Assembly (NCBI GenBank): GCA_963722725.1
Contig: CAVROB010000010.1
Location: forward strand, 53,400-117,399
DNA length: 64,000 nucleotides
Origin: an uncultured Acidobacteriota bacterium
GTDB lineage: Bacteria > Acidobacteriota > Terriglobia > Terriglobales > Acidobacteriaceae
Direction of reading: 5' to 3'
Part shown: one piece after another, positions 1 through 7,690 of the stretch
How positions within the stretch are numbered: the first letter of the stretch is position 1
Layout: each line of letters starts with the position of its first letter
Position numbers and translations under genes: made by a program
Notes under the pieces: model-generated
Seen by the model: the letters and a program-made list of their open reading frames with translations, nothing else
Told to the model about the DNA's origin: nothing
Database searches by the model: none

Positions 1-998
1 TACGGCGTGCTGCCCCCGATGTTGAACTGGGTTGCGTCGCCGCTCATGGAAGGCGATTTGATGCCTTGCTCCATGGACCAGGTTACGCCTGGGCACGGGT
101 CTGAGCAGATGCTATAACCCGGCGGCAACTCGCCCCAACTTTGCCATCCGCCGCTGGCCTGCAGATTTGGCAACGGAGTTCCGTTCGATTTTACGGTTAC
201 GGTAGTCGACGCTTTGGCCGTACCGCCAGTTCCCTGCGCGGTCGCGGCGTAGGTAGTAGTGGTGGTCGGTGTAACGTTGGTCGATCCGTTGGCCGGAAAA
301 TTACCCAACCCGGAAATATTCACCGAGGTCGCATTGCTGGTGGTCCAACTCAGAAGCGCCTTGCCACCGCTACTGATGTTGTTAGGCTGAGCGTTGAAGG
401 AAATTGTGGGCTGAGGAGCTTGCTCCAAGGTAACGGTGACTGTGGTCGTGGTCGCAGCCGTTCCTCCGGGTCCTGTCGCCGTAGCTGTGTACGTGGCAGT
501 GGAGCTAGGAGTGACTTTGACGGATCCATTGGCGGCAAATGTTCCCACTCCGCCTATGCTCACAGAAGTGGCGTTGCTTGTGGTCCAAATCAGCGTCGCT
601 GACGTGCCTGCCACAATGCTGTTGGGCTGTGCGCTGAACGCGACCGTAGGCTTTTGCTCGGGAGTAACAACGCTTACCACGGTTGAGGATTCAGTTTTTC
701 CTCCGGGCCCTGTCGCGGTGGCTTGGTAAGTTGTCGTGACCGTGGGAGTGACTTTTACCGAACCACTAGCCGGGAATGTGCCCACGCCGCTGATGGTGAC
801 TGAGGTTGCATTGCTTGCGTTCCAGATGAGCATCGTCGCCGCGCCACTGGTCACCGCATTCGGTTGAGCGTTAAGTTGGATCGCGGGGGCTTGGCCGGAA
901 TTACTGGACGTGGCCATCGATCCCCCACCACATCCAATACTTGCGATTAAAATCGAAAATAAGAACACGAGTGCTGATATGCGCAGAACAGATCGCAT
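1..998 (-). CDS. Putative lipoprotein/secreted protein with three tandem ~80-aa Ig-like repeats. The N-terminus is in the window and the C-terminus runs past position 1.
   Basis: My own minus-strand translation from ATG (998-996) gives MRSVLRISALVFLFSILIASIGCGGGSMATSSNSGQAP.... It stays open to position 1. It is absent from the ORF track because it has no stop in the window. It has a hydrophobic signal sequence followed by Cys23 (lipobox-like SIGC). The + strand ORFs at 141-729 are its mirror image. Confidence 0.6.
   Translation of the reverse strand, partial: MRSVLRISALVFLFSILIASIGCGGGSMATSSNSGQAPAIQLNAQPNAVTSGAATMLIWNASNATSVTISGVGTFPASGSVKVTPTVTTTYQATATGPGGKTESSTVVSVVTPEQKPTVAFSAQPNSIVAGTSATLIWTTSNATSVSIGGVGTFAANGSVKVTPSSTATYTATATGPGGTAATTTTVTVTLEQAPQPTISFNAQPNNISSGGKALLSWTTSNATSVNISGLGNFPANGSTNVTPTTTTTYAATAQGTGGTAKASTTVTVKSNGTPLPNLQASGGWQSWGELPPGYSICSDPCPGVTWSMEQGIKSPSMSGDATQFNIGGSTP
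189..881 (-). repeat. Three tandem coding repeats, period ~237-240 nt (~79-80 aa)
   Basis: The repeat pattern is QPN-x-(V/I)-x-(S/A)G-x3-L-x-W-x2-SNATSV-x-I-x-G-(V/L)G-x-F-x-A-(S/N)GS-x-(K/N)VTP-x4-TY-x-ATA-x-G-(P/T)GG. It starts at about residues 40, 119 and 199 of the 1..998 CDS. Confidence 0.7.
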
Positions 999-1238
999 AG
1001 AAATCCCTTCCTGGTGACAAATTTCAGGCGAAGCGACTGATTTTCACTCTTGGGCTTTCTTGGATTCTAAGCAGCTTCAGGAGCCAGTCGCAAGTGAAAG
1101 CGTAGAACTAATTACTCGAAAGTACATCGGGGAATTGTCCTGCTGGGTAGCGGAATGCCTTGCTGGACGCGGGAAAGCCGAGGAGCGCCTAAACGTCCTC
1201 TGATTCAGAGGAGTTAAATTTAATTAAGTGCCGAGGGT

Positions 1239-1276
1239 GACCCACCCAAGCGTCTATTCGCTTAAGTGGGTCTTTT
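1239..1276 (+). terminator. Hairpin plus T4, oriented as a + strand intrinsic terminator with no annotated + strand gene upstream
   Basis: GACCCAC (1239-1245) pairs with GTGGGTC (1266-1272). An inner stem AAGCG/CGCTT encloses the loop TCTATT. TTTT follows at 1273-1276. No A-run precedes the hairpin, so it is not a good minus-strand terminator for htrA. Confidence 0.35.
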
Positions 1277-1353
1277 CGCGGGTTCGGAGGAGGACCCAGC
1301 CCTTCGGCATCCGTCCACGTGGAACGCAAACTGAGCGCTCCGCGTGGAAGCTC

Positions 1354-2898
1354 TTACGAACCCTCCGGCGCGTGCAGAACGCGGAAGCTGTTGCCGCCGT
1401 TGGACCAGACCAGGATCAAGGCGTCTTTCCCTTTCGCCACGGATCCCAAAGCACGCTGAACATCCGCCGCACTTTGCACGTCGTGACGATCGACCTGCAC
1501 GATCACGTCACCGCGCTGCAGGCCAGCGTTGTCGGCCGAACTGCCCGGCTGCACCTGTTCGATCACAGCTCCACGAATCGAGCTGGGAGCTTGCAGTTGC
1601 TCACGAAGGTCCGGGGTCATGTCGGCAAGACCGAGCCCCCAATGCGTTTTACCGTGCTCGTTTTCGCCGACTTCGTTGCCTTCTTTGTCGCGGCTTCCCA
1701 TCGCCTCCAGCGTGACCGGGATGCTCGTGTTCTTGCCGTCGCGAATGACTTCCAGCTTGATGGTCGTTCCCGGGCGCTTCTGTCCGACTTCGACTTGAAG
1801 TTCGCCTGCGTCGGCCACTTTCTGTCCGTCGAGTTCAGTGATCACGTCGCCGACTTTTAAGCCGGCCTTTGCCGCTGGTGAATCGGCTTCGACCTGGGTC
1901 ACGACTGCGCCGCTAGCATCGTTCACGTTAAAGAACTTCTCGTTCTCGGGCGTGACGTCGCTGATTCCGATTCCCATGTAGCCGTGCGTCACTTTGCCGT
2001 CGCGAATCAGTGTGTCGACGGTCGGCTTCACGATCTGTGTGGGGATGGCGAAACCCATTCCGGAGAATGCGCCGGAAGAAGAGACCAGAAAGGTGTTGAT
2101 GCCAACCACTTCGCCACGTGCGTCGACCAGCGGGCCGCCGGAATTTCCCGGATTGATAGCCGCATCAGTCTGGATAAATTCTCCAGGCTTGCGCGCGTTA
2201 TCTGAGAACGGGTTCGGACGGTTCAGCGCGCTGACGATGCCGCGCGTGACGGTGAAACGGAATCCCAGAGGATTTCCGAATGCGAGTACGGTCTGCCCAG
2301 GATGAAGCGCGGTCGAGTCGCCCCACGGAATACTGGGCAGGCTGCCTCCATCCACTTTAAGGACCGCGAGGTCGGTTAAAGGATCGGCGCCGACCAGAGT
2401 GGCCTTCATCGTCTTGCGATTGCTCATCGTGACTCGAATGTCCACTGCGCCATCAATAACGTGGTTGTTGGTCACAATATAACCATCGGGCGAAATAATG
2501 ACTCCGCTGCCGATGCCGTGTTCGATCTGTGGCTGCGGTCGGCCATGCGGTCCGAAAAACTGACCGGGACCCTGGCCGCCGAAGAATTGCTGCATGTCAT
2601 CGGGTATTTGTTGTTCGGATGGGTCCACTTTAGTTTTTGACGTGACGGCAACGTTGACGATGGCTGGGGTTACTCTCGCCGCCAAAGTCTCCATGGCATG
2701 GTCGAGCGAAAGCAGGGCTGCGACGCTATTGTCATCGAGAGCCGCTGCGGCCGGGGCCGGAGCCGCAACCGAGGCTCGCGCGGACATGGGTTTGGCAGTT
2801 TCGTAGGTCACGACGGCTGCGAGGGCTGCGATCGCTACCGCCGAAACAGCCACGCGGGTGATTGTTTTTTTCCAGTTTGTTGTGATCGAGTCTTTCAT
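1354..2898 (-). CDS. htrA: Periplasmic serine endoprotease of the HtrA/DegP/DegQ family with two PDZ domains
   Basis: 514 aa. N-terminal membrane anchor/signal. Trypsin-like core with GNSGGPL around the catalytic Ser and HVIDGA around the His. Two C-terminal PDZ-like segments (GAVVTQV...GDVITELDG and GAVIEQV...GDVIVQVD). AAGGAGAAGG Shine-Dalgarno upstream. Confidence 0.9.
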   Translation of the reverse strand: MKDSITTNWKKTITRVAVSAVAIAALAAVVTYETAKPMSARASVAAPAPAAAALDDNSVAALLSLDHAMETLAARVTPAIVNVAVTSKTKVDPSEQQIPDDMQQFFGGQGPGQFFGPHGRPQPQIEHGIGSGVIISPDGYIVTNNHVIDGAVDIRVTMSNRKTMKATLVGADPLTDLAVLKVDGGSLPSIPWGDSTALHPGQTVLAFGNPLGFRFTVTRGIVSALNRPNPFSDNARKPGEFIQTDAAINPGNSGGPLVDARGEVVGINTFLVSSSGAFSGMGFAIPTQIVKPTVDTLIRDGKVTHGYMGIGISDVTPENEKFFNVNDASGAVVTQVEADSPAAKAGLKVGDVITELDGQKVADAGELQVEVGQKRPGTTIKLEVIRDGKNTSIPVTLEAMGSRDKEGNEVGENEHGKTHWGLGLADMTPDLREQLQAPSSIRGAVIEQVQPGSSADNAGLQRGDVIVQVDRHDVQSAADVQRALGSVAKGKDALILVWSNGGNSFRVLHAPEGS

Positions 2899-2920
2899 GA
2901 TTCGTTTACCTTCTCCTTTG

Positions 2921-2937
2921 CAACTAATTATTTAGTT
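2921..2937 (-). promoter_or_regulatory. Candidate BlaI-family operator in the blaR1-like/htrA intergenic region
   Basis: CAACTAATTATTTAGTT is identical to 4904-4920. The core is the inverted repeat AACTAA-N4-TTAGTT. On the coding strand it overlaps an AT-rich -10-like TAAATAAT about 25 nt upstream of the htrA Shine-Dalgarno. Confidence 0.5.
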
Positions 2938-2978
2938 TTTGTGGACAAACTTGTACTCTCTGGGTCTTTCCAAATCTC

Positions 2979-4448
2979 CTAAATCTGTTTTGCGGGAATT
3001 CTGGCTTCAGCTGGATTCCGAGTTGGATCCAGCACAAACACGTGCCAGACGTAGACTCTCAAAAACATGGGCCCCGCTTCTTCGTATTGCGAGGTTTGCA
3101 TCACTACAAAGAATCCGTGCGATGGTGCGTGGTCATTGATGGTCATCAGCACGGCAGGCACGAAGTTTTCGGCATCAGGCTGAACCAGCCGCGCCTGCAA
3201 CAGTTCCTCAGACTTTCCCAGAGCAATTCTTTCGCCCCGCTCGGACTCGACCGTCATCCCCATCGCAACTCCGGCTTGCGCCATGGGCTGCGTTCTTGCG
3301 CCGCGTCGCGGCTGGTGCGCTGCCACCCGTTTAGCAGGTTGGACCGATAAGTCCTGCGAGTTTTCCCTGAAGCTTGCCAGGGTTGCTACTGGCTGTCCTT
3401 CGACGGCGGCAGAAGTCGGTGCCAGCTTTGCCTGAATCGGCATCGCTCCCGACATTGCAACACTTGGGGCTTGGTCCTCGAAGGCCACGAGTTCTGGAGC
3501 GTGTGGCAACGAAACCAAGCAAACCACGAAAAACGCCGCCACGGAATATAAGGCTGGTTTCCAGACGCGAGTCGCACCTGAGCGGTTCACGTCGAGAATT
3601 CGGGAGACGCGCAAGGATGTCTGACGCATCCGATTCACGATTGCTTGCGCCAGCGCGACTCCGCGTCGTACGAAACTCTTCTCCGCTACAGAGACTAAGC
3701 ATTGGGCGTAGCCGCGCGGATTAGTCGTTTCCGCCAGCACGGCGTCGTCACATGCCATCTCGCGTTCCAGTGCGAGCTGGTTCTGAATCCACCACACCGC
3801 CGGATGGAAGAACAAAAGCGCTTTCAGGATCTGCTGAGCCAGGTTAGTCCAATCGTCGCGGCGGCGCAGGTGAGCCAGCTCGTGAATCAAAATCGAGTTC
3901 AGCTCGGTGGTCGAGAGCTCGTGCAGCGCCCAAGTCGGAATCACGACCACGGGGTTCAGAAATCCGATGGCGGTCGGCACTCGCAAGCGATCCGACTGGC
4001 ACAGGGCCACTGACCTTACTGGTTGAAATGCCTGCAAAGTTGATCGCAACACTGGGTCCAAAGTGGCGACGTCGATTACGGAGCAACTCCGCCGGAGTTT
4101 GCGCAACTGCCAGAGCCCGACGCCCACCCTCAGCAACGCCACGCCCGCAATTGCAGCCCACACGAAAAAAATATCGAGCGCCCATGCACTGGGGACCGTG
4201 ATGGCAGAACCCGCGCTCCCCGCGCTGGATAAGCGGGCGCTCGATGCGACAACGCTGAGAACCGGCAGCGCTGCTATCGCAACTAAAGCAAAGAACCATA
4301 CCGCAAACCGGGTGCTGGAATTTCGCTGCCCCACCAGCCGCAGGAGAATCCAAGCAAAGAATGCGATGCCTACGCCCGCGAGCATGCAGTTCAGCAGACT
4401 CGCGGCGGAGATTCGAGCGACTTCGTTCAGATTGAACGCGGCGATCAT
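2979..4448 (-). CDS. BlaR1/MecR1-like M56 family membrane metalloprotease (signal transducer) with an uncharacterised C-terminal domain
   Basis: 489 aa. Multi-pass N-terminus. HEXXH zinc motif in SILIHELAHLRRRDDW. It starts 4 nt after the upstream BlaI-like gene ends. The C-terminal ~200 aa show no S-x-x-K/penicillin-binding signature that I can recognise. Confidence 0.8.
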   Translation of the reverse strand: MIAAFNLNEVARISAASLLNCMLAGVGIAFFAWILLRLVGQRNSSTRFAVWFFALVAIAALPVLSVVASSARLSSAGSAGSAITVPSAWALDIFFVWAAIAGVALLRVGVGLWQLRKLRRSCSVIDVATLDPVLRSTLQAFQPVRSVALCQSDRLRVPTAIGFLNPVVVIPTWALHELSTTELNSILIHELAHLRRRDDWTNLAQQILKALLFFHPAVWWIQNQLALEREMACDDAVLAETTNPRGYAQCLVSVAEKSFVRRGVALAQAIVNRMRQTSLRVSRILDVNRSGATRVWKPALYSVAAFFVVCLVSLPHAPELVAFEDQAPSVAMSGAMPIQAKLAPTSAAVEGQPVATLASFRENSQDLSVQPAKRVAAHQPRRGARTQPMAQAGVAMGMTVESERGERIALGKSEELLQARLVQPDAENFVPAVLMTINDHAPSHGFFVVMQTSQYEEAGPMFLRVYVWHVFVLDPTRNPAEARIPAKQI

Positions 4449-4452
4449 TTAT

Positions 4453-4854
4453 TTACTCGTTCCCCGTTTCTTCTTCCGGTTGAGTCTGTTCCAGTAGCTG
4501 ACGCAGTCGATTCAACTCCTCCGCATCAACCCCGCGCTCTTCCAGGATGTTTAAAACCAACATTTCATGGGAGTTTTTGAAAAAGCGGTGCGCGAGATGG
4601 CGGATCTCCGATCGCGAAGCTTCCTCCCGCTCCACCAGCGGCCTGTAAATGTGCGCGCGGCCATCCTTTATATGCCGCACGTATCCCTTCTTTTCCAGGA
4701 TGCGGATGGTCGTAAGTACTGAGTTATAAGCCAGTTGCGCATTCTTGGGAAGCGCATCCAAGACCTGCTGAACGCTGGATGGACCTTGCTCCCACAGCAC
4801 GTCCATGAGCCGGAGTTCAGCTTCAGTCAGGGTTACGGATTTCGTGGGCGGCAA
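4453..4854 (-). CDS. BlaI/MecI/CopY family winged-helix transcriptional repressor
   Basis: 133 aa. LTEAELRLMDVLWEQGPSSVQQVLDAL...AYNSVLTTIRILEKKGYV is typical of the family. TTG start with GGAGGA 8 nt upstream. Immediately followed by the M56 partner. Confidence 0.85.
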   Translation of the reverse strand: MPPTKSVTLTEAELRLMDVLWEQGPSSVQQVLDALPKNAQLAYNSVLTTIRILEKKGYVRHIKDGRAHIYRPLVEREEASRSEIRHLAHRFFKNSHEMLVLNILEERGVDAEELNRLRQLLEQTQPEEETGNE

Positions 4855-4903
4855 GAAACCATCCTCCGTTCTTAATTATTAGACGCAATGGAAGCCCAAA
4901 CGT

Positions 4904-4920
4904 CAACTAATTATTTAGTT
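4904..4920 (-). promoter_or_regulatory. Candidate BlaI-family operator upstream of the blaI-like operon
   Basis: CAACTAATTATTTAGTT is identical to 2921-2937. A degenerate AT-rich quasi-palindrome, CTTAATTATTAG, lies at 4871-4882, closer to the start codon. Confidence 0.5.
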
Positions 4921-5125
4921 GCATGGGGAGGGATGTTTGGTTGTATGGGGATCCAGTAGCGTGACGGTCAGCCTGCGGATGTAAGTGCGACCGCCCGCTC
5001 AAGATCGCGGGTCCCCAACGCAAGCTTTTGTTGAGTGAGGGGATTGCGCGCGAAATGTCGCTCTTATGGGTGGAGGAGAAAACATTCTCATCTCTAATCT
5101 CTTAATCGACAAAGGAAACGCCACC

Positions 5126-6268
5126 ATGAATCGCTTACTGAAAGCTGTTCCAGTCATCTTACTCACTGTATCCGCCTTCGCGCAGAGCGGCGGAGACGCT
5201 CAAACTCCAACCAATATGACGGTCACCACGCCCGGTGGAGCCGCGAACTATATCTCACTGTTCTCGAACAAGGACACGATTGTGAAATCTGGAATCGTCC
5301 AGAAAGGCGGCAAAGTAGGCATCGGCACTACCGCTCCGTCCTCGCCCTTGACCGTGAATGGAACCATTCAGAGCCTGACGGGAGGCTTCGAATTCCCCGA
5401 TAGCAGCGTGCAAACCTCAGCGGGTCTCGCAAGCGTTTCGCACGACGGCACTTTGTCTGGGCTGGGAACCAGCGCTTCGCCATTGACCCTCGCCAATCCG
5501 CTGTCCATCGCGGCGACCAGTTTTGTAACACCGCTTCAGGTCAGCAACTCCTACGGAGGTTATGCCATTTACGCGTCGGATGACAGTTCCACAGGCGGAT
5601 TTGGCATCACCGGGTTCACCGAGGTCGGTACGGCGATCCAGGGCATCGGCAATTCGAACAACAGCATCGGAGTTATCGGAGTGGATGGATCAGCCGGCGG
5701 CTTCGGACTTTACGGCTACGGAATCAGCGGATATTCCTGGGCAGGCTGGTTCCAGGGCGACGTCAACGTTACCGGCAATCTCTCGAAATCTGGCGGATCC
5801 TTCAAGATCGATGATCCTGTGGATCCGGCCAACAAGTATCTCTATCACTCGTTCGTCGAATCACCCGACATGAAAGATATGTATGACGGCACCGCGACCA
5901 CCGATGCCTTGGGCAACGCCACCATCCAGCTGCCCAAATGGTTCCAGGCGTTGAATCGCAGCTTCCGCTATCAGTTGACGCCGATTGGACAATTCGCGCA
6001 GGCCATCGTCGCTACCGAAGTGGAGAGCAACCAGTTCACCATCAAGACCGACAAACCTTACGTGAAAGTTTCGTGGCAAGTTACAGGCACGCGCCACGAT
6101 GCCTGGGCCAATGCGCACCGCATCCCGGTGGAAGTGGAAAAGCCGAAAGAAGAGCGCGGCTACTACATTCACCCCGAACTTTTCGCCCAGGGGCAGGACA
6201 AGAACATTATGGTCGCTCACCGGCCGGATATGTTCGGAGCCGACGGTATCATTGTTCGGAAGCCCTAG
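5126..6268 (+). CDS. Secreted protein with Gly-rich tail-fibre-like/beta-helical repeats; function unknown
   Basis: I trimmed the start to MNRLLKAVPVILLTVSAFAQ (signal peptide, AAGGA Shine-Dalgarno). It has a GGKVGIGTTAPSSPLTVNGTIQS motif and G-x-G-rich repeats. The conserved-looking C-terminal part reads FKIDDPVDPANKYLYHSFVESPDMKDMYDG. Its own terminator follows. Confidence 0.6.
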   Translation: MNRLLKAVPVILLTVSAFAQSGGDAQTPTNMTVTTPGGAANYISLFSNKDTIVKSGIVQKGGKVGIGTTAPSSPLTVNGTIQSLTGGFEFPDSSVQTSAGLASVSHDGTLSGLGTSASPLTLANPLSIAATSFVTPLQVSNSYGGYAIYASDDSSTGGFGITGFTEVGTAIQGIGNSNNSIGVIGVDGSAGGFGLYGYGISGYSWAGWFQGDVNVTGNLSKSGGSFKIDDPVDPANKYLYHSFVESPDMKDMYDGTATTDALGNATIQLPKWFQALNRSFRYQLTPIGQFAQAIVATEVESNQFTIKTDKPYVKVSWQVTGTRHDAWANAHRIPVEVEKPKEERGYYIHPELFAQGQDKNIMVAHRPDMFGADGIIVRKP

Positions 6269-6297
6269 CCTCTGGTCAATGCGTCGTTCTACTGATG

Positions 6298-6339
6298 ACC
6301 CTGCTCTTTGTTTCCCGCAAAGAACAGGGTCGATCTTTT
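6298..6339 (+). terminator. Intrinsic terminator of the 5126..6268 gene
   Basis: ACCCTGcTCTTTG (6298-6310) pairs with CAAAGAaCAGGGT (6318-6330), giving 12 bp and one mismatch. The loop is TTTCCCG. It is followed by CGATCTTTT. Confidence 0.6.
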
Positions 6340-6411
6340 CATGCTGCGCGAAAGAAGACGGCGCGCGTAGGCCGCGGTAAACTTGACCGGCACTCAGGGG
6401 AAACTCCAAGT

Positions 6412-7005
6412 ATGAAGCCCGCAGCTCTCGGAGTTCGAATGCATTCCGGTTGGGGAGTGCTGGTGGCCGTTTCCGGAGACGCGAACTCCATAGAGGTGGT
6501 GGAGCGAAAGCGCATCGTCATTACCGACCCGGCAATTCCTGGAGCCAATCAGCCCTATCACCATGCCGCCGGTCTGGGATTTCGCGAGTCGGAGAAATAC
6601 CTTGCCAGTTGCGCCACGGTGTCGGAGCGCCTGGCTTTCACAGCGATCGAGGAAGTCGTGCGGGCATTCGAAAGGCAGGACTATCGTGTAGTAGGTTCTG
6701 CCGTGCTCCTCGCGGCGGGCCGTCCCCTGCCGCCGCTTGCGAAAATTCTCGGTTCGCATCCCCTGCTTCATACCGCAGAAGGACAATTCTTTCGCAACGC
6801 GGTCATCCAAGCATGTCAACGCTTGAAACTGACGGTCGCGGAAATTCGAGAACGTGATCTGGAGGATCAGGCCAAGACAGTATTCGGACCCGCAGCCAGC
6901 CAACTGCAGCGGAGGATCGCAGCCCTGGGTAGTTCGATTGGCCCGCCCTGGACCAAGGATCACAAGGCTGCGGCGCTGGCCGCTTTGCTAATTCTGGCAC
7001 AGTAG
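6412..7005 (+). CDS. Hypothetical protein (197 aa), no recognisable family
   Basis: MKPAALGVRMHSGWGVLVAVSGDANSIEVVERKRIVITDP.... It has alternating beta/alpha character. The track ORF 5938..7005 extends upstream through Arg-rich nonsense and overlaps the previous gene and its terminator, so I trimmed it to the ATG at 6412. Confidence 0.5.
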   Translation: MKPAALGVRMHSGWGVLVAVSGDANSIEVVERKRIVITDPAIPGANQPYHHAAGLGFRESEKYLASCATVSERLAFTAIEEVVRAFERQDYRVVGSAVLLAAGRPLPPLAKILGSHPLLHTAEGQFFRNAVIQACQRLKLTVAEIRERDLEDQAKTVFGPAASQLQRRIAALGSSIGPPWTKDHKAAALAALLILAQ

Positions 7006-7019
7006 TCGAGGCACCCACG

Positions 7020-7511
7020 CTACGGGCGAGGGCGAAGTAGGTGCCAGGCTTCGCGGTAGCCTTCCAAGGCACGTGCACGCCCGGAGTTTTTGGGTGGTAA
7101 GTAGATGTTGGGGCGGCCTGTTATCGCGTGGACCGGGAAGACGAAATAGGAGTCATCGGGGATGATGTGGACGACCAGAAAGTCGATTTCGGATGGGAGA
7201 TAGCGTCTCGTTTGGCCGCCGACGCAATGAACTGCGGCGACGTGATAGACGCCCTTGCTTAGCCTCGCCGTGGATTTTACTTGCACCCGCCACAGTTTTT
7301 CTTCGCTCGGCGGGTCGCGGCTGATGAGAATGAAGTCGAATGCCTCGCGCGCGCTGTAGGGTTTAGATACTCCGAAGCCCAGGCTGGCGGCCTTATGCAC
7401 GAACGCCAACTCGGAAAGTTCTCCATGGCCATTGGTGTCCCGCAACCGCCTGCGGGCAGTCTTCCGCTCCGACGCTGGCGGACGTCGGCGCGGAGACCTC
7501 GATTTTGCCAT
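7020..7511 (-). CDS. PD-(D/E)XK endonuclease-like protein (group I intron-associated PDDEXK_5-like pattern) with a polybasic N-terminal tail
   Basis: 163 aa. GELSELAFVHKAASLGFGVSKPY...FDFILI...WRVQVKS...EIDFLVVH matches the E...D...(V/I)QVK arrangement of that nuclease fold. The N-terminus is MAKSRSPRRRPPASERKTARRRLRD. Assignment is by motif only. Confidence 0.55.
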   Translation of the reverse strand: MAKSRSPRRRPPASERKTARRRLRDTNGHGELSELAFVHKAASLGFGVSKPYSAREAFDFILISRDPPSEEKLWRVQVKSTARLSKGVYHVAAVHCVGGQTRRYLPSEIDFLVVHIIPDDSYFVFPVHAITGRPNIYLPPKNSGRARALEGYREAWHLLRPRP

Positions 7512-7625
7512 TGCAGTGACGCGAAATACAAAAGCGCAAGCCGGAGCCTGCGCCTTTCGCTGAAAACTGTTCTCAGAAATAGAGCCGCTTCCACAAAGAG
7601 AGCCGGTTCACAAATGCTTTCTGTC

Positions 7626-7690
7626 TTGGGAGGGCATGGCTTCAGCCATGCCGATCCAGCCATAAAAAAAGCGGGCTTCAGCCCCTGAGG
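7626..7690. repeat. Intergenic double-hairpin repeat, family A, copy 1 (inverted relative to copy 2)
   Basis: GGGAGGGCATGGCTTCAGCCATGCC, then 35 nt, then GCGGGCTTCAGCCCCTG. The reverse complement matches 11672-11737 with the same 35-nt spacing. That is 24/25 identity in the large hairpin and about 13/17 in the small one. Confidence 0.5.

Noticed and set aside
141-729. Three overlapping + strand ORFs (153, 97 and 62 aa) with Gly/Arg/Val-rich translations
   Set aside because: They lie antisense to the repeat-containing lipoprotein CDS (1..998, minus strand). Their composition is that of mirror-frame translation of a GC-rich gene, and they have no start context.
1228-1860. 210-aa + strand ORF
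   Set aside because: It lies entirely antisense to the well-supported htrA gene. It has Arg-rich low-quality sequence and begins inside the terminator-like hairpin.
5126-6268. Tail-fibre-like protein as evidence of a prophage
   Set aside because: There are no capsid, portal, terminase, integrase or lysis genes and no att-like repeats nearby. The gene has a Sec signal peptide and its own terminator, consistent with a cellular exoprotein.
5938-6411. 5' extension of the 355-aa ORF 5938..7005
   Set aside because: The extension overlaps the 3' end of the 5126..6268 gene and runs through its terminator. Its translation is Arg/Gly-rich nonsense. Protein-like sequence starts at ATG 6412.
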